Of a DNA stretch of 32,000 nt, positions 9,934 through 17,931 are shown in pieces. The notes beneath the pieces are model-generated. The model searched no databases, was not told the DNA's origin, and saw nothing but the letters and a program-made list of their open reading frames with translations. The translations under genes and the position numbers were made by a program. This stretch comes from Granulicoccus sp. GXG6511 (GTDB lineage: Bacteria; Actinomycetota; Actinomycetes; Propionibacteriales; Propionibacteriaceae): the NCBI RefSeq assembly GCF_050880385.1, contig NZ_JBNZCI010000002.1, positions 86,682 to 118,681 of the forward strand, read 5' to 3'. Numbering within the stretch: position 1 is the stretch's first letter; the number at the start of each line of letters is the position of its first letter.

Positions 9934-10722
9934 GTGGACGCGGTGCAGGAGATCCTCAACTCCATCCCGTTCGGCCAGCTCGCCAACCAGGTGGGCACCG
10001 ATCCGGCCACAGCCGAGCAGATGGCCCGCCAGCTCATCCCGGCCCTCATCGGCGGCATGTCGGCGAATGCCGACGACAACGCCGGCGCCCGATCCCTCGC
10101 CACCGCGCTCAACGACCATGCCAACTCGCCCCTCCTGGACGGCGGCGTTCAGTTGGACCGGGTGGACACCGCGGATGGTGACGCGATTGTCCAGAATGTG
10201 TTCGGTGACAACACGCCGCAGGTGACCCAGCGCCTGGGCTCGCAGCTGGCCGGTGGCAACAACGAGATGGTGCAGAAGTTGATGCGCTATCTGGCGCCGA
10301 TCGTCCTGGCCTATCTCGCCAAGCGGCTGACCGAGGGCCGTGCGGGAGCGCCGGGCGGTGCCGGCCGCGGCAGTGGCAGCATCCTCGGTGACATTCTCGA
10401 CGGCCTGACCGGTGGCGGCCAGTCGAAGGCCCAGCAACAGCAGCGCACCCCGAGCCTGCCGGACATCCTGCTCGACATGCTGGGCGGTGGCAGCGGTGGT
10501 GGCTTCCAGGCGCCCGCGCCCGCGCCGGCGCCCCAGCGAGGCGAGTTCCAGCGCCCCGCGCCGCAGTCGCCGTCCGGCCCGTCCGCCGGTTCGGACCCTG
10601 CGCCGCAGACGATTCCGCTCGACGACCCTGCGCCCGCCGAGCGTCCTGCCCAGCAGCAGGGTGGTGGCAGCATTCTCGGCGACCTGCTCGGTGGCCTCCT
10701 GGGCGGCGGTCGCCGCTACTGA
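9934..10722 (+). CDS. DUF937-like low-complexity protein
   Basis: A GTG start is preceded by the SD GAAAGGAG (9921-9928). The N-terminus MDAVQEILNSIPFGQLANQVGTDPATAEQMARQLIPALIGGM and the C-terminal GSILGDLLGGLLGGG resemble DUF937 proteins. The middle is rich in Gly, Pro and Gln. Confidence 0.6.
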   Translation: MDAVQEILNSIPFGQLANQVGTDPATAEQMARQLIPALIGGMSANADDNAGARSLATALNDHANSPLLDGGVQLDRVDTADGDAIVQNVFGDNTPQVTQRLGSQLAGGNNEMVQKLMRYLAPIVLAYLAKRLTEGRAGAPGGAGRGSGSILGDILDGLTGGGQSKAQQQQRTPSLPDILLDMLGGGSGGGFQAPAPAPAPQRGEFQRPAPQSPSGPSAGSDPAPQTIPLDDPAPAERPAQQQGGGSILGDLLGGLLGGGRRY

Positions 10723-11339
10723 TGAACCGAGTGATCCGGGTCGTTCTCGCCTCGGCATCCCCCGCGCGCCTGCAGACCCTGCAGCGGGCCGGGGTCGAGC
10801 CGGAGGTCATGGTCTCCGGGGTCGACGAGGAAGGTGTCACCGCGAGGCGACCGGTCATCCTGGCTGCCCTGTTGGCGGAGCGAAAAGCCCAAGTCGTCAG
10901 CCAGCAGCTGGCCGGTCACGAGCCGGTGATCGTGATCGGCTGCGACTCGCTGCTGGAGTTCGAGAGCAAGGCCTTCGGAAAGCCCACCTCCGCCGAGGAG
11001 GCGGTCGCCCGGTGGCAACTCATGCGCGGACGCACTGGCGTGCTCCACACCGGCCACCACGTGATCCTGCGGGACCGCGGGGTGCACCAGGTCACCGCGA
11101 CGGGCTCGACGCTGGTCCGGTTCGCCGACCTGAGCGACGAGGAGATTCGTGCCTATGTGGCCACCAATGAGCCGTTGGCCGTCGCCGGTGGCTTCACCAT
11201 CGACGGACTCGGCGGCCCGTTCATCGCCGGCATCGACGGCGACCCGCACAACGTGGTCGGGCTGAGCCTGCCACTGCTGCGGGACCTGTTGACCGAGCTC
11301 GGGATCTCCTGGCCCGAGCTGTGGTCAACGCCGAACTGA
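10722..11339 (+). CDS. maf: Maf-like nucleoside triphosphate pyrophosphatase
   Basis: Motifs: VLASASPARLQTLQRAG, GCDSLLEF..KAFGKP, YVATNEPLAVAGGFTIDGLG, GDPHNVVGLSLPLL. The start overlaps the preceding stop (TGATG). Confidence 0.9.
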   Translation: MNRVIRVVLASASPARLQTLQRAGVEPEVMVSGVDEEGVTARRPVILAALLAERKAQVVSQQLAGHEPVIVIGCDSLLEFESKAFGKPTSAEEAVARWQLMRGRTGVLHTGHHVILRDRGVHQVTATGSTLVRFADLSDEEIRAYVATNEPLAVAGGFTIDGLGGPFIAGIDGDPHNVVGLSLPLLRDLLTELGISWPELWSTPN

Positions 11340-11344
11340 CCCCG

Positions 11345-11824
11345 TCACGCAGCGCCCGGCGACTGCCTGAGGGTGAGGGCCGAACCCTCACCGCTGACGG
11401 TGAACGCGCCGGCCCAGGCGTGCCCCTCGAACACCAGACCCTCAGCGCTCTCCGCCGTGAGGCGGAACCCACCCTCGGCGAGATGCCCGCGCAACCACGC
11501 ACCGATAGCCTCGCCCGCGGGCGCCACGAACGTCATCGTGACCATGTTCGGCTGGTCGACGCGCAGCCCGGTCCGGGCATCCTCGGGGACCGTGATCGCC
11601 CCGACGGGACCGTGCTGAAAGCCCAACTGCGCGAGGCTCACGCCGCCCGGCGGCACCGCGACCGTTCTGAACGACGGCGCCGGACGGGGTGGCGAGGCGG
11701 CTCCTCCTCCGGCACAGGCGGACACCGTTGCCAGCACGACGACGATCAAGAGCGCGGTCGACAGACGGGCAGCGACGCGTGAGAGCAGGATTCGCGGGAC
11801 GGCACGGCGCAGCACCCGGCCCAC
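11345..11824 (-). CDS. hypothetical lipoprotein
   Basis: Has a signal peptide with a lipobox-like VLATVSAC. No family is recognised. The GTG start at 11822-11824 is only 26 bp from the divergent start at 11851. Confidence 0.55.
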   Translation of the reverse strand: MGRVLRRAVPRILLSRVAARLSTALLIVVVLATVSACAGGGAASPPRPAPSFRTVAVPPGGVSLAQLGFQHGPVGAITVPEDARTGLRVDQPNMVTMTFVAPAGEAIGAWLRGHLAEGGFRLTAESAEGLVFEGHAWAGAFTVSGEGSALTLRQSPGAA

Positions 11825-11850
11825 GGTAGTCGGCTAGCCTCAGGATCGTC

Positions 11851-12807
11851 ATGAGTACTGAACAGCACCCTGTGCTTCCGAGCCGGCAGTTGCCGCCGAA
11901 GACCTATCTGCCCGCGTGGCTGCGCGCCATGCGCCCGCGCCAGTGGGTGAAGAACGTCCTCGTTTTCGCCGCTCCCCTGACCGCCGGGTTCCACACCCGC
12001 GGCAATGAGGACTATGTCCAGGTCCTGATCAACACCCTCCTGGCATTCGTCGCCTTCTCGCTGATCAGCGCCACCATCTATCTCCTCAACGATGCCAAGG
12101 ACGTGGAGGAGGACCGCCTCCACCCCAAGAAGCGCTTCCGTCCGATCGCCGCCGGCGAGCTGAAGGTCGGCACGGCCTATGTCCTCGCTGCCGTGACCTG
12201 TGCGCTGAGCCTCGCGATCGGCTTCTTCACCGCCCCCATGCTGGGCGTGGTCCTGGTCGTCTATCTGGTGCTGCAGCTGCTCTACACACAGTTCCTCAAG
12301 CACCAGCCGATCATCGACCTTGCGATGGTGGCCTCCGGCTTTCTGTTGCGCATGATTGCCGGTGGCGTCGCCTCGGCCATCGACATCTCCGCCTGGTTCC
12401 TCCTCGTGGCGGCCTTCGGCTCGCTGTTCATGGTCGCCGGCAAGCGCTATTCCGAGATGGTTGTCCTGGGCTCGGACGCGGGCACGCGGAAGTCGTTGAA
12501 GGAATACACGGTTTCCTATCTGCGGTTCGCGTGGCACCTGTCCGCCGCGGTCACGCTCGTCGCCTATTGCCTCTGGGCGATCGGTGGCGGCGCGGCGCCC
12601 GGCACGCCCGCGCCCGGCGGCGGCCTGTGGGGTCTCCCCTGGCTCGTTATCTCGATCATTCCGCTGACGATCGGGTTGTTGCAGTATGCGCTGGAGGTCG
12701 ATCGCGGTGACGCCGGTGAGCCCGAGGACGTCGTCCTGAACCATCGTGCGCTGCAGATCGTGGGCTTCCTCTGGGTCGTGACCCTCGCGCTCGGCATCTT
12801 CTTCTGA
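11851..12807 (+). CDS. decaprenyl-phosphate phosphoribosyltransferase (UbiA superfamily, Rv3806c-like)
   Basis: Motifs: RPRQWVKNVLVFAAPL and YLLNDAKDVEEDRLHPKKRFRPIAAGEL (the Asp-rich prenyltransferase motif). The protein is polytopic. From memory it closely resembles the M. tuberculosis DPPR synthase. Confidence 0.85.
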   Translation: MSTEQHPVLPSRQLPPKTYLPAWLRAMRPRQWVKNVLVFAAPLTAGFHTRGNEDYVQVLINTLLAFVAFSLISATIYLLNDAKDVEEDRLHPKKRFRPIAAGELKVGTAYVLAAVTCALSLAIGFFTAPMLGVVLVVYLVLQLLYTQFLKHQPIIDLAMVASGFLLRMIAGGVASAIDISAWFLLVAAFGSLFMVAGKRYSEMVVLGSDAGTRKSLKEYTVSYLRFAWHLSAAVTLVAYCLWAIGGGAAPGTPAPGGGLWGLPWLVISIIPLTIGLLQYALEVDRGDAGEPEDVVLNHRALQIVGFLWVVTLALGIFF

Positions 12808-12809
12808 TC

Positions 12810-12825
12810 GGTCCGGTTCCGGACC
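12810..12825. terminator. short perfect palindrome between convergent genes
   Basis: The palindrome ggtccgg tt ccggacc lies in the 22-bp gap between the stops at 12807 and 12830. Confidence 0.4.
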
Positions 12826-12829
12826 CGTC

Positions 12830-13246
12830 TCAGCCCTCCGAATAGCGCCCGCAGGTGAACGAGGCGGTGAACTCCTCCTCTTTGCCGACGGGCGCGTTCT
12901 GTGAGTGCTGCGTGTGGACGAGCACACCGGACAGCTCGAACCTGTCCTCGGTGCGCACCACCTCGGCCTGACCAGTGCCGTCAGCCATCTCGAGCAGTGC
13001 CGGCCCGCCGCGCTGCCCCGCGTGGATCGCCTCCACGGTCGCCTCGGGCCCGTCGGTCATCACCACCTGCATGGCCGCAGCGCCGGCGGTGAGGGTGGCC
13101 ACGATCCGGCCATCCGTGCGCCCGCACTCCACGCGGCTCGCCCGATAGCTCTCGCCCTCGACCTCGAACTCACCGGAACTTCCTCCGATGAGTCCACACC
13201 CGCTCAGCAGGACGGCAGGCACGACGACGAGGGCGAAAGCACGCAT
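12830..13246 (-). CDS. LpqH-like (19 kDa antigen family) lipoprotein
   Basis: MRAFALVVVPAVLLSGCG is a signal peptide with lipobox LSGC. The mature domain has spaced Cys residues (VECGRTDG...FTCG) and the overall pattern of the LpqH family. Confidence 0.6.
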   Translation of the reverse strand: MRAFALVVVPAVLLSGCGLIGGSSGEFEVEGESYRASRVECGRTDGRIVATLTAGAAAMQVVMTDGPEATVEAIHAGQRGGPALLEMADGTGQAEVVRTEDRFELSGVLVHTQHSQNAPVGKEEEFTASFTCGRYSEG

Positions 13247-13344
13247 GTGGACAGCCTAGGCAGGCCAACCCGATCTCGGCCCTCGTCCCGATCGTTCCTG
13301 ATTCTCTGCCAAGGCCTGACCGTCGCGTCCCAGTTCCTCCGACA

Positions 13345-13482
13345 CGCAAGGAATTTTCGGAGAATTAGGTGCCGCACTCCCGCGCAAGGCGTACTTTCGG
13401 GTCACGCGGCAGTGCCTCTTATCCGAAATGCTTGCCAAGGTCATCCCCCGGGCGTACCTTTTTTTTCACGGAATAAGCGTGA
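13345..13482 (+). promoter_or_regulatory. candidate operator/promoter region of the NO reductase gene
   Basis: Lies in a visibly AT-richer intergenic region. CGCAAGG-N3/5-TTTCGG occurs at 13345-13360 and 13383-13400. GGCGTAC-N7/8-TCACG occurs at 13388-13406 and 13451-13470. A T8 run spans 13459-13466. The inverted repeat TCACG-N7-CGTGA spans 13466-13482, just before the SD. No known regulator motif is recognised. Confidence 0.3.
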
Positions 13483-13496
13483 TTAAAGGAGTTGTC

Positions 13497-15887
13497 ATGG
13501 CCTTGACAAGTCAGCCTGCGACATCGCGGCGCAGGCTCCCGGCACGGGACCTGAGATGGTGGGTCGCGCTCATAGTCGTCCTGGTCGGATCGTTCGGCGT
13601 CCTGCTCTATATGGGACAGCAGATCAATCAGCACAAGCCGCCGGTGCCGGACCGGGTGGTGGCGGAGGACGGCCGCCAGCTCATGACCGGCGACGACATC
13701 ATCAACGGAATGAAGGTGTGGCAGTCGATCGGCGGTCAGCAGATCGGCTCGGTGTGGGGACATGGTGCGTATGTTGCGCCCGACTGGTCCGCGGATTGGC
13801 TCCACCGCGAGGCGGTGTTCATTCTTGATGAGTACGCCGGCCCCGGCGGCTACGACTCCCTCGACGTCGAGCAGCAGGCTGCCTACAAGGCACGGCTCAA
13901 GGCAACGCTGCGTACCAACACGTATGACGCGGACACTGGGGCCGTGACGATCGCGCCGGTCCGGGTGGCGGCGTGGGAGGCCAATTCGGCCTATTACGCG
14001 CAGATCTTCGCCCAGGGCCATGTCGAGTACGCGATCCCTGCCAACACACTGAGCGACCCCGACCTGATGCGCCAGATGAACGCGTTCTTCTGGTGGTCCT
14101 CCTGGTCGGCCGCAACCAACGCTCCCGACTCCGACGTGAGCTATCTGCAGAACTGGCCGCACGAGCCCCTGATCGACAACGTTCCGACCACCACCAACAT
14201 TCTCTGGTCGATCATCTCGATCATCCTCCTGCTGCTCGGCATCGCAGGGCTGGTGTGGTATCACAATCTCCACGCCGACGACGGTGAACTGCGCGAGGAC
14301 ATCCCGACCAAGGATCCGCTGCTGGGCTACAAGCCGACTCCGTCGCAGAAGGCCACGCTCAAGTACTTCTTCGTCGTGGGCGGCCTCTTCGTTCTCCAGA
14401 TCGCGATGGGCATCCTGACCGCCCACTACGGTGTCGAGGGCGGCGCGCTCTACGGCATCCCCATCGATGAATGGCTGCCGTATGCGGTCGTGCGGACCTG
14501 GCACACCCAACTCGGCATCTTCTGGATCGCCACCGCTTGGCTGGCGACCGGCCTGTTCGTCGCCCCGGCGGTCGGCGGCCGGGAACCGAAGTTCCAGCGG
14601 CTCGGGGTGAACGTCCTGTTCGGCGCCCTGATCGTTGTCGTCCTCGGCTCCATGATCGGCCAGTGGCTGTCGATCACCGGTCGCATGGGCTACGGCAAGC
14701 CGATGAACTGGTGGCTGGGCACGACGGGATACGAATACCTCGACCTCGCCCGGACCTGGCAGATCGGCCTGTTCGCCGGTCTGGTCATCTGGTTGCTGCT
14801 GATGGTGCGCGCCATGTGGCCGGCGCTCAAGCGCGCCAAGACTCCCGAGGGCAATCACCCGACCGAGGAGGCACCGCTCGCCGCCGGTGGGCAGCGGACC
14901 CTCATCCTCATGCTGATCATGTCCTGCGTCGCCATCACGGGCTTCTTCGGGGCGGCGTTCGGCATGGGCCATGACACCCATCTCTCCATCACCGAATATT
15001 GGCGCTGGTGGGTTGTGCACCTGTGGGTGGAGGGCTTCTTCGAGGTCTTCGCCACGGTTGTGATCGCGTTCCTGCTGGTCCGCCTCGGCCTGCTGCGTCC
15101 CGGCATGGCGGCCACGGCGACCCTCGCCGCAACGGTCATCTTCCTGTCCGGCGGCATCATCGGCACCGGGCACCACCTCTATTTCTCCGGGTCCAACGAC
15201 GTCGTGATGGCGTGGTCCGCGACGTTCAGCGCGCTCGAGGTCGTGCCGCTGGCTCTCGTCGGCTTCGAGGCCTTCCGCAACATGCGCTTGTTGAAGGTCC
15301 ACGACTGGGTCGCCGGGTACAAATGGGCGATCTATTTCTTCGTGTCGGTCGCCTTCTGGAACGCACTGGGCGCGGGCGTCTTCGGCTTCCTCATCAACCC
15401 GCCGATCTCGCTGTTCTATGTCCAGGGCCTCAATCTGACCCCGCTGCACGGTCACACCGCGCTCTTCGGTGTGTATGGCATGCTCGGCATCGGCCTGATG
15501 CTGTTCTGTGTCCGGTCGCTCATGCCGGGCAAGGAATGGAACGAGAAGCCGATCGCGATCGGGTTCTGGTGCCTGAACGGCGGCCTGCTGCTCATGGCCC
15601 TGCTCAGCCTCCTCCCCCTGGGCCTCGCGCAGGCCTGGGCGAGCATGGAGCATGGCTTCTGGTACGCACGGTCCTCCGAGTTCCTGTACACGCCGATCCT
15701 CACCGTGATTCGGTGGCTGCGGACCCCTGGCGATGTGGTCTTCGCGGTCGGTGCGCTGGCCATCGGCGTGTTCATGGTGGGTCTGCTCACCGGTTGGTCG
15801 CTGAAAAAGGGTGGCGCGGATGTCGAATCCGGCAGCCCTCTGCGTGAGGACCAGGACGCCGAGGAGGCGGCTGTCGGACGCGAGTGA
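13497..15887 (+). CDS. norZ: quinol-dependent nitric oxide reductase (qNOR, NorZ/NorB large subunit, heme-copper oxidase superfamily)
   Basis: The 796 aa product has an N-terminal TM segment plus a periplasmic domain (WGHGAYVAPDWSADWLHREA). This is fused to a 12-TM catalytic core with WWVVHLWVEGFFEVF, GTGHHLYFSG and HGHTALFGVYG His ligand motifs. The SD AAAGGAG (13485-13491) sits 5 nt before the ATG at 13497. Confidence 0.9.
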   Translation: MALTSQPATSRRRLPARDLRWWVALIVVLVGSFGVLLYMGQQINQHKPPVPDRVVAEDGRQLMTGDDIINGMKVWQSIGGQQIGSVWGHGAYVAPDWSADWLHREAVFILDEYAGPGGYDSLDVEQQAAYKARLKATLRTNTYDADTGAVTIAPVRVAAWEANSAYYAQIFAQGHVEYAIPANTLSDPDLMRQMNAFFWWSSWSAATNAPDSDVSYLQNWPHEPLIDNVPTTTNILWSIISIILLLLGIAGLVWYHNLHADDGELREDIPTKDPLLGYKPTPSQKATLKYFFVVGGLFVLQIAMGILTAHYGVEGGALYGIPIDEWLPYAVVRTWHTQLGIFWIATAWLATGLFVAPAVGGREPKFQRLGVNVLFGALIVVVLGSMIGQWLSITGRMGYGKPMNWWLGTTGYEYLDLARTWQIGLFAGLVIWLLLMVRAMWPALKRAKTPEGNHPTEEAPLAAGGQRTLILMLIMSCVAITGFFGAAFGMGHDTHLSITEYWRWWVVHLWVEGFFEVFATVVIAFLLVRLGLLRPGMAATATLAATVIFLSGGIIGTGHHLYFSGSNDVVMAWSATFSALEVVPLALVGFEAFRNMRLLKVHDWVAGYKWAIYFFVSVAFWNALGAGVFGFLINPPISLFYVQGLNLTPLHGHTALFGVYGMLGIGLMLFCVRSLMPGKEWNEKPIAIGFWCLNGGLLLMALLSLLPLGLAQAWASMEHGFWYARSSEFLYTPILTVIRWLRTPGDVVFAVGALAIGVFMVGLLTGWSLKKGGADVESGSPLREDQDAEEAAVGRE

Positions 15888-15919
15888 CGCTGACCCTGAA
15901 CACCCGCTCACGGGCAGGT

Positions 15920-15951
15920 GCGGCCCCTCGATCCTGGGATCGGGGGGCCGC
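15920..15951 (+). terminator. GC-rich terminator-like hairpin after the NO reductase gene
   Basis: gcggcccctcgat(cc tg gg)atcggggggccgc gives about a 13-bp stem with one G-U pair. It starts 33 nt after the stop and is followed by gctcttgct. There is no clean U-tract. Confidence 0.55.
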
Positions 15952-15965
15952 GCTCTTGCTGTCGG

Positions 15966-16004
15966 GTGACGCCCGCAACGTCGGCAGAGTGACGCAGGCA
16001 ACGT
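15966..16004 (+). promoter_or_regulatory. tandem 16-nt direct repeat upstream of accA3
   Basis: gtgacgcccgcaacgt (15966-15981) and gtgacgcaggcaacgt (15989-16004) match at 14 of 16 positions with a 23-nt period. A third GTGAC lies at 16003-16007 and CTGACCTGACC at 16014-16024. The repeats sit 80-120 nt upstream of the GTG at 16086. Confidence 0.3.
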
Positions 16005-16085
16005 GACTGTTGGCTGACCTGACCCCCACGCGGGGTCCAGTCGCCCTAGACTCCGGTGGGATAGCACATCCAGGGGAGGACTTCC

Positions 16086-17864
16086 GTGGCAATCAGCAAG
16101 GTACTCATCGCAAACCGTGGTGAGATCGCCGTCCGCGTGATCCGGGCCGCCGCCGATGCGGGCCTGGGCAGTGTGGCGATCTATGCCGATCCCGACGCGG
16201 ACAGCCTTTTCGTGCGTCTGGCCGACGAAGCCTATGCGCTGAATGGCGCGACGCCGGCTGATACCTATCTGGATGTCTCGAAGATTCTCGATGTCGCCAA
16301 ACGCTCCGGCGCCGACGCCATCCACCCGGGTTATGGCTTCCTCGCCGAGAACGCCGATTTCGCCCAGTCCGTGATCGATGCCGGCCTGATCTGGATCGGC
16401 CCGCCGCCGTCGGCGATCGACGGCCTGGGCGACAAGGTCAAGGCGCGCCACATCGCCCAGCGTGCCGGTGCACCGCTCGTGCCGGGCACCAAGGACCCCG
16501 TGGCAAACGCCGACGAGGTCGTGGCCTTCGCCGACGAGCACGGCCTCCCGATCGCGATCAAGGCCGCCTTCGGCGGCGGCGGTCGCGGCCTCAAGGTCGC
16601 TCGTGACCGCATGGAGATCCGTGAGCTGTTCGAGTCCGCCACCCGCGAGGCCGTGACGGCATTCGGACGAGGTGAGTGCTTCGTCGAGCGCTACCTCGAC
16701 AAACCGCGGCACGTCGAGACGCAATGCCTTGCCGACCAGCACGGGAACGTGGTCGTGGTCTCGACCCGAGACTGCTCGCTGCAACGCCGGCATCAGAAGC
16801 TCGTGGAGGAGGCACCGGCGCCGTTCCTCTCCGATGAGCAGATGGAGACTTTGTATTCGGCGTCCAAGGCCATCCTTGCCGAAGCCGGCTATGTCGGCGC
16901 GGGGACCTGCGAGTTCCTCGTCGGCCAGGACGGCACGATCTCGTTCCTCGAGGTCAACACGCGGCTGCAGGTCGAGCATCCGGTGTCCGAGGAGGTCACC
17001 GGCATCGATCTGGTCCGCGAGATGTTCCGCATCGCCGACGGCGAGGCGCTCGGCTATGACGACCCCGAGGTCCGTGGTCACTCGATCGAGTTCCGCATCA
17101 ACGCCGAGGATGCCGGTCGCAACTTCATGCCGGCACCGGGCACCCTGACCGATTGGGCCGTGCCCACCGGGCCGGGCGTGCGCGTGGACGAGGGCTATCT
17201 CAAGGGAATGACGGTGCCGGGATCGTTCGACTCCCTCGTCGCCAAGATCATCGTCACCGGAGCCGACCGTGAGCAGGCAATCCAGCGCTCGCGACGCGCG
17301 CTCGCCGAAACCCGGATCGACGGCATGCCCACGGTCATTCCGTTCCATCAGGTGGTGCTCAACGACCCTGCCTACATCGGCAGCAACGGCCGGTTCGGCG
17401 TCCACACCCGCTGGATCGAGACCGAGTTCGACAACCGGATCGAGCCCTGGGCCGGAGCTCCGGCCGATGATGAGGTGGCCGCGGAGGACGAGAAGACCTC
17501 CGTCGTCGTCGAGGTCAACGGCAAGCGCATCGAGGTCAAGCTGCCCAGCACCCTCGGCAGCATCGGTGGTGGCAAGAACCGCAAACCGCCCAAACGCCGA
17601 CGCGGAGGCGGCCAGGCCAAGGAGGCCTCGACGACTTCGCTGACCTCGCCGATGCAGGGCACGATCGTGAAGGTGGCGGTCTCGGACGGAGCGATCGTGT
17701 CCGAGGGCGACCAGATCCTCGTGCTCGAGGCCATGAAGATGGAGCAGCCGATCAATGCCCACCGCAGCGGCATGGTGCAAGGCCTGAACGCCGAGGTCGG
17801 TGCCACGGTCACGGCCGGCTCCATCCTCTGCGAGATCCTGGACACCGACGAGGACGACGACTGA
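16086..17864 (+). CDS. accA3: acetyl/propionyl-CoA carboxylase alpha subunit (biotin carboxylase + BCCP)
   Basis: The 592 aa product starts [17 protein letters not shown] and has [22 protein letters not shown] and [14 protein letters not shown] motifs. The C-terminal biotinyl domain carries EAMKME. The SD GGGGAGGA precedes the GTG start. Confidence 0.95.
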   Translation: MAISKVLIANRGEIAVRVIRAAADAGLGSVAIYADPDADSLFVRLADEAYALNGATPADTYLDVSKILDVAKRSGADAIHPGYGFLAENADFAQSVIDAGLIWIGPPPSAIDGLGDKVKARHIAQRAGAPLVPGTKDPVANADEVVAFADEHGLPIAIKAAFGGGGRGLKVARDRMEIRELFESATREAVTAFGRGECFVERYLDKPRHVETQCLADQHGNVVVVSTRDCSLQRRHQKLVEEAPAPFLSDEQMETLYSASKAILAEAGYVGAGTCEFLVGQDGTISFLEVNTRLQVEHPVSEEVTGIDLVREMFRIADGEALGYDDPEVRGHSIEFRINAEDAGRNFMPAPGTLTDWAVPTGPGVRVDEGYLKGMTVPGSFDSLVAKIIVTGADREQAIQRSRRALAETRIDGMPTVIPFHQVVLNDPAYIGSNGRFGVHTRWIETEFDNRIEPWAGAPADDEVAAEDEKTSVVVEVNGKRIEVKLPSTLGSIGGGKNRKPPKRRRGGGQAKEASTTSLTSPMQGTIVKVAVSDGAIVSEGDQILVLEAMKMEQPINAHRSGMVQGLNAEVGATVTAGSILCEILDTDEDDD

Positions 17865-17866
17865 GC

Positions 17867-17880
17867 GTCCGGGTCCGGAC
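17867..17880 (+). terminator. short palindrome just after the accA3 stop
   Basis: gtccgg gt ccggac starts 3 nt after the TGA. The 6-bp arms and 2-nt spacer make it weak as a terminator. Confidence 0.25.
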
Positions 17881-17931
17881 CACATTGCCCACAGCCCGTC
17901 GCGCTCGATTCCGCGTGGCAGACTGGATCCC

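Noticed and set aside
9880-12927. Minus-strand ORFs 9880..10758, 10109..10858, 10716..11249 and 11746..12927
   Set aside because: They are antisense to the DUF937, maf and DPPR synthase genes. They have no SD or start context and low-complexity translations.
13428-13496. Upstream in-frame ATG at 13428 as the qNOR start
   Set aside because: It would add 23 aa (MLAKVIPRAYLFFHGISVIKGVV) encoded by the AT-rich repeat region. The strong SD AAAGGAG is placed for the ATG at 13497. The upstream start cannot be fully excluded.
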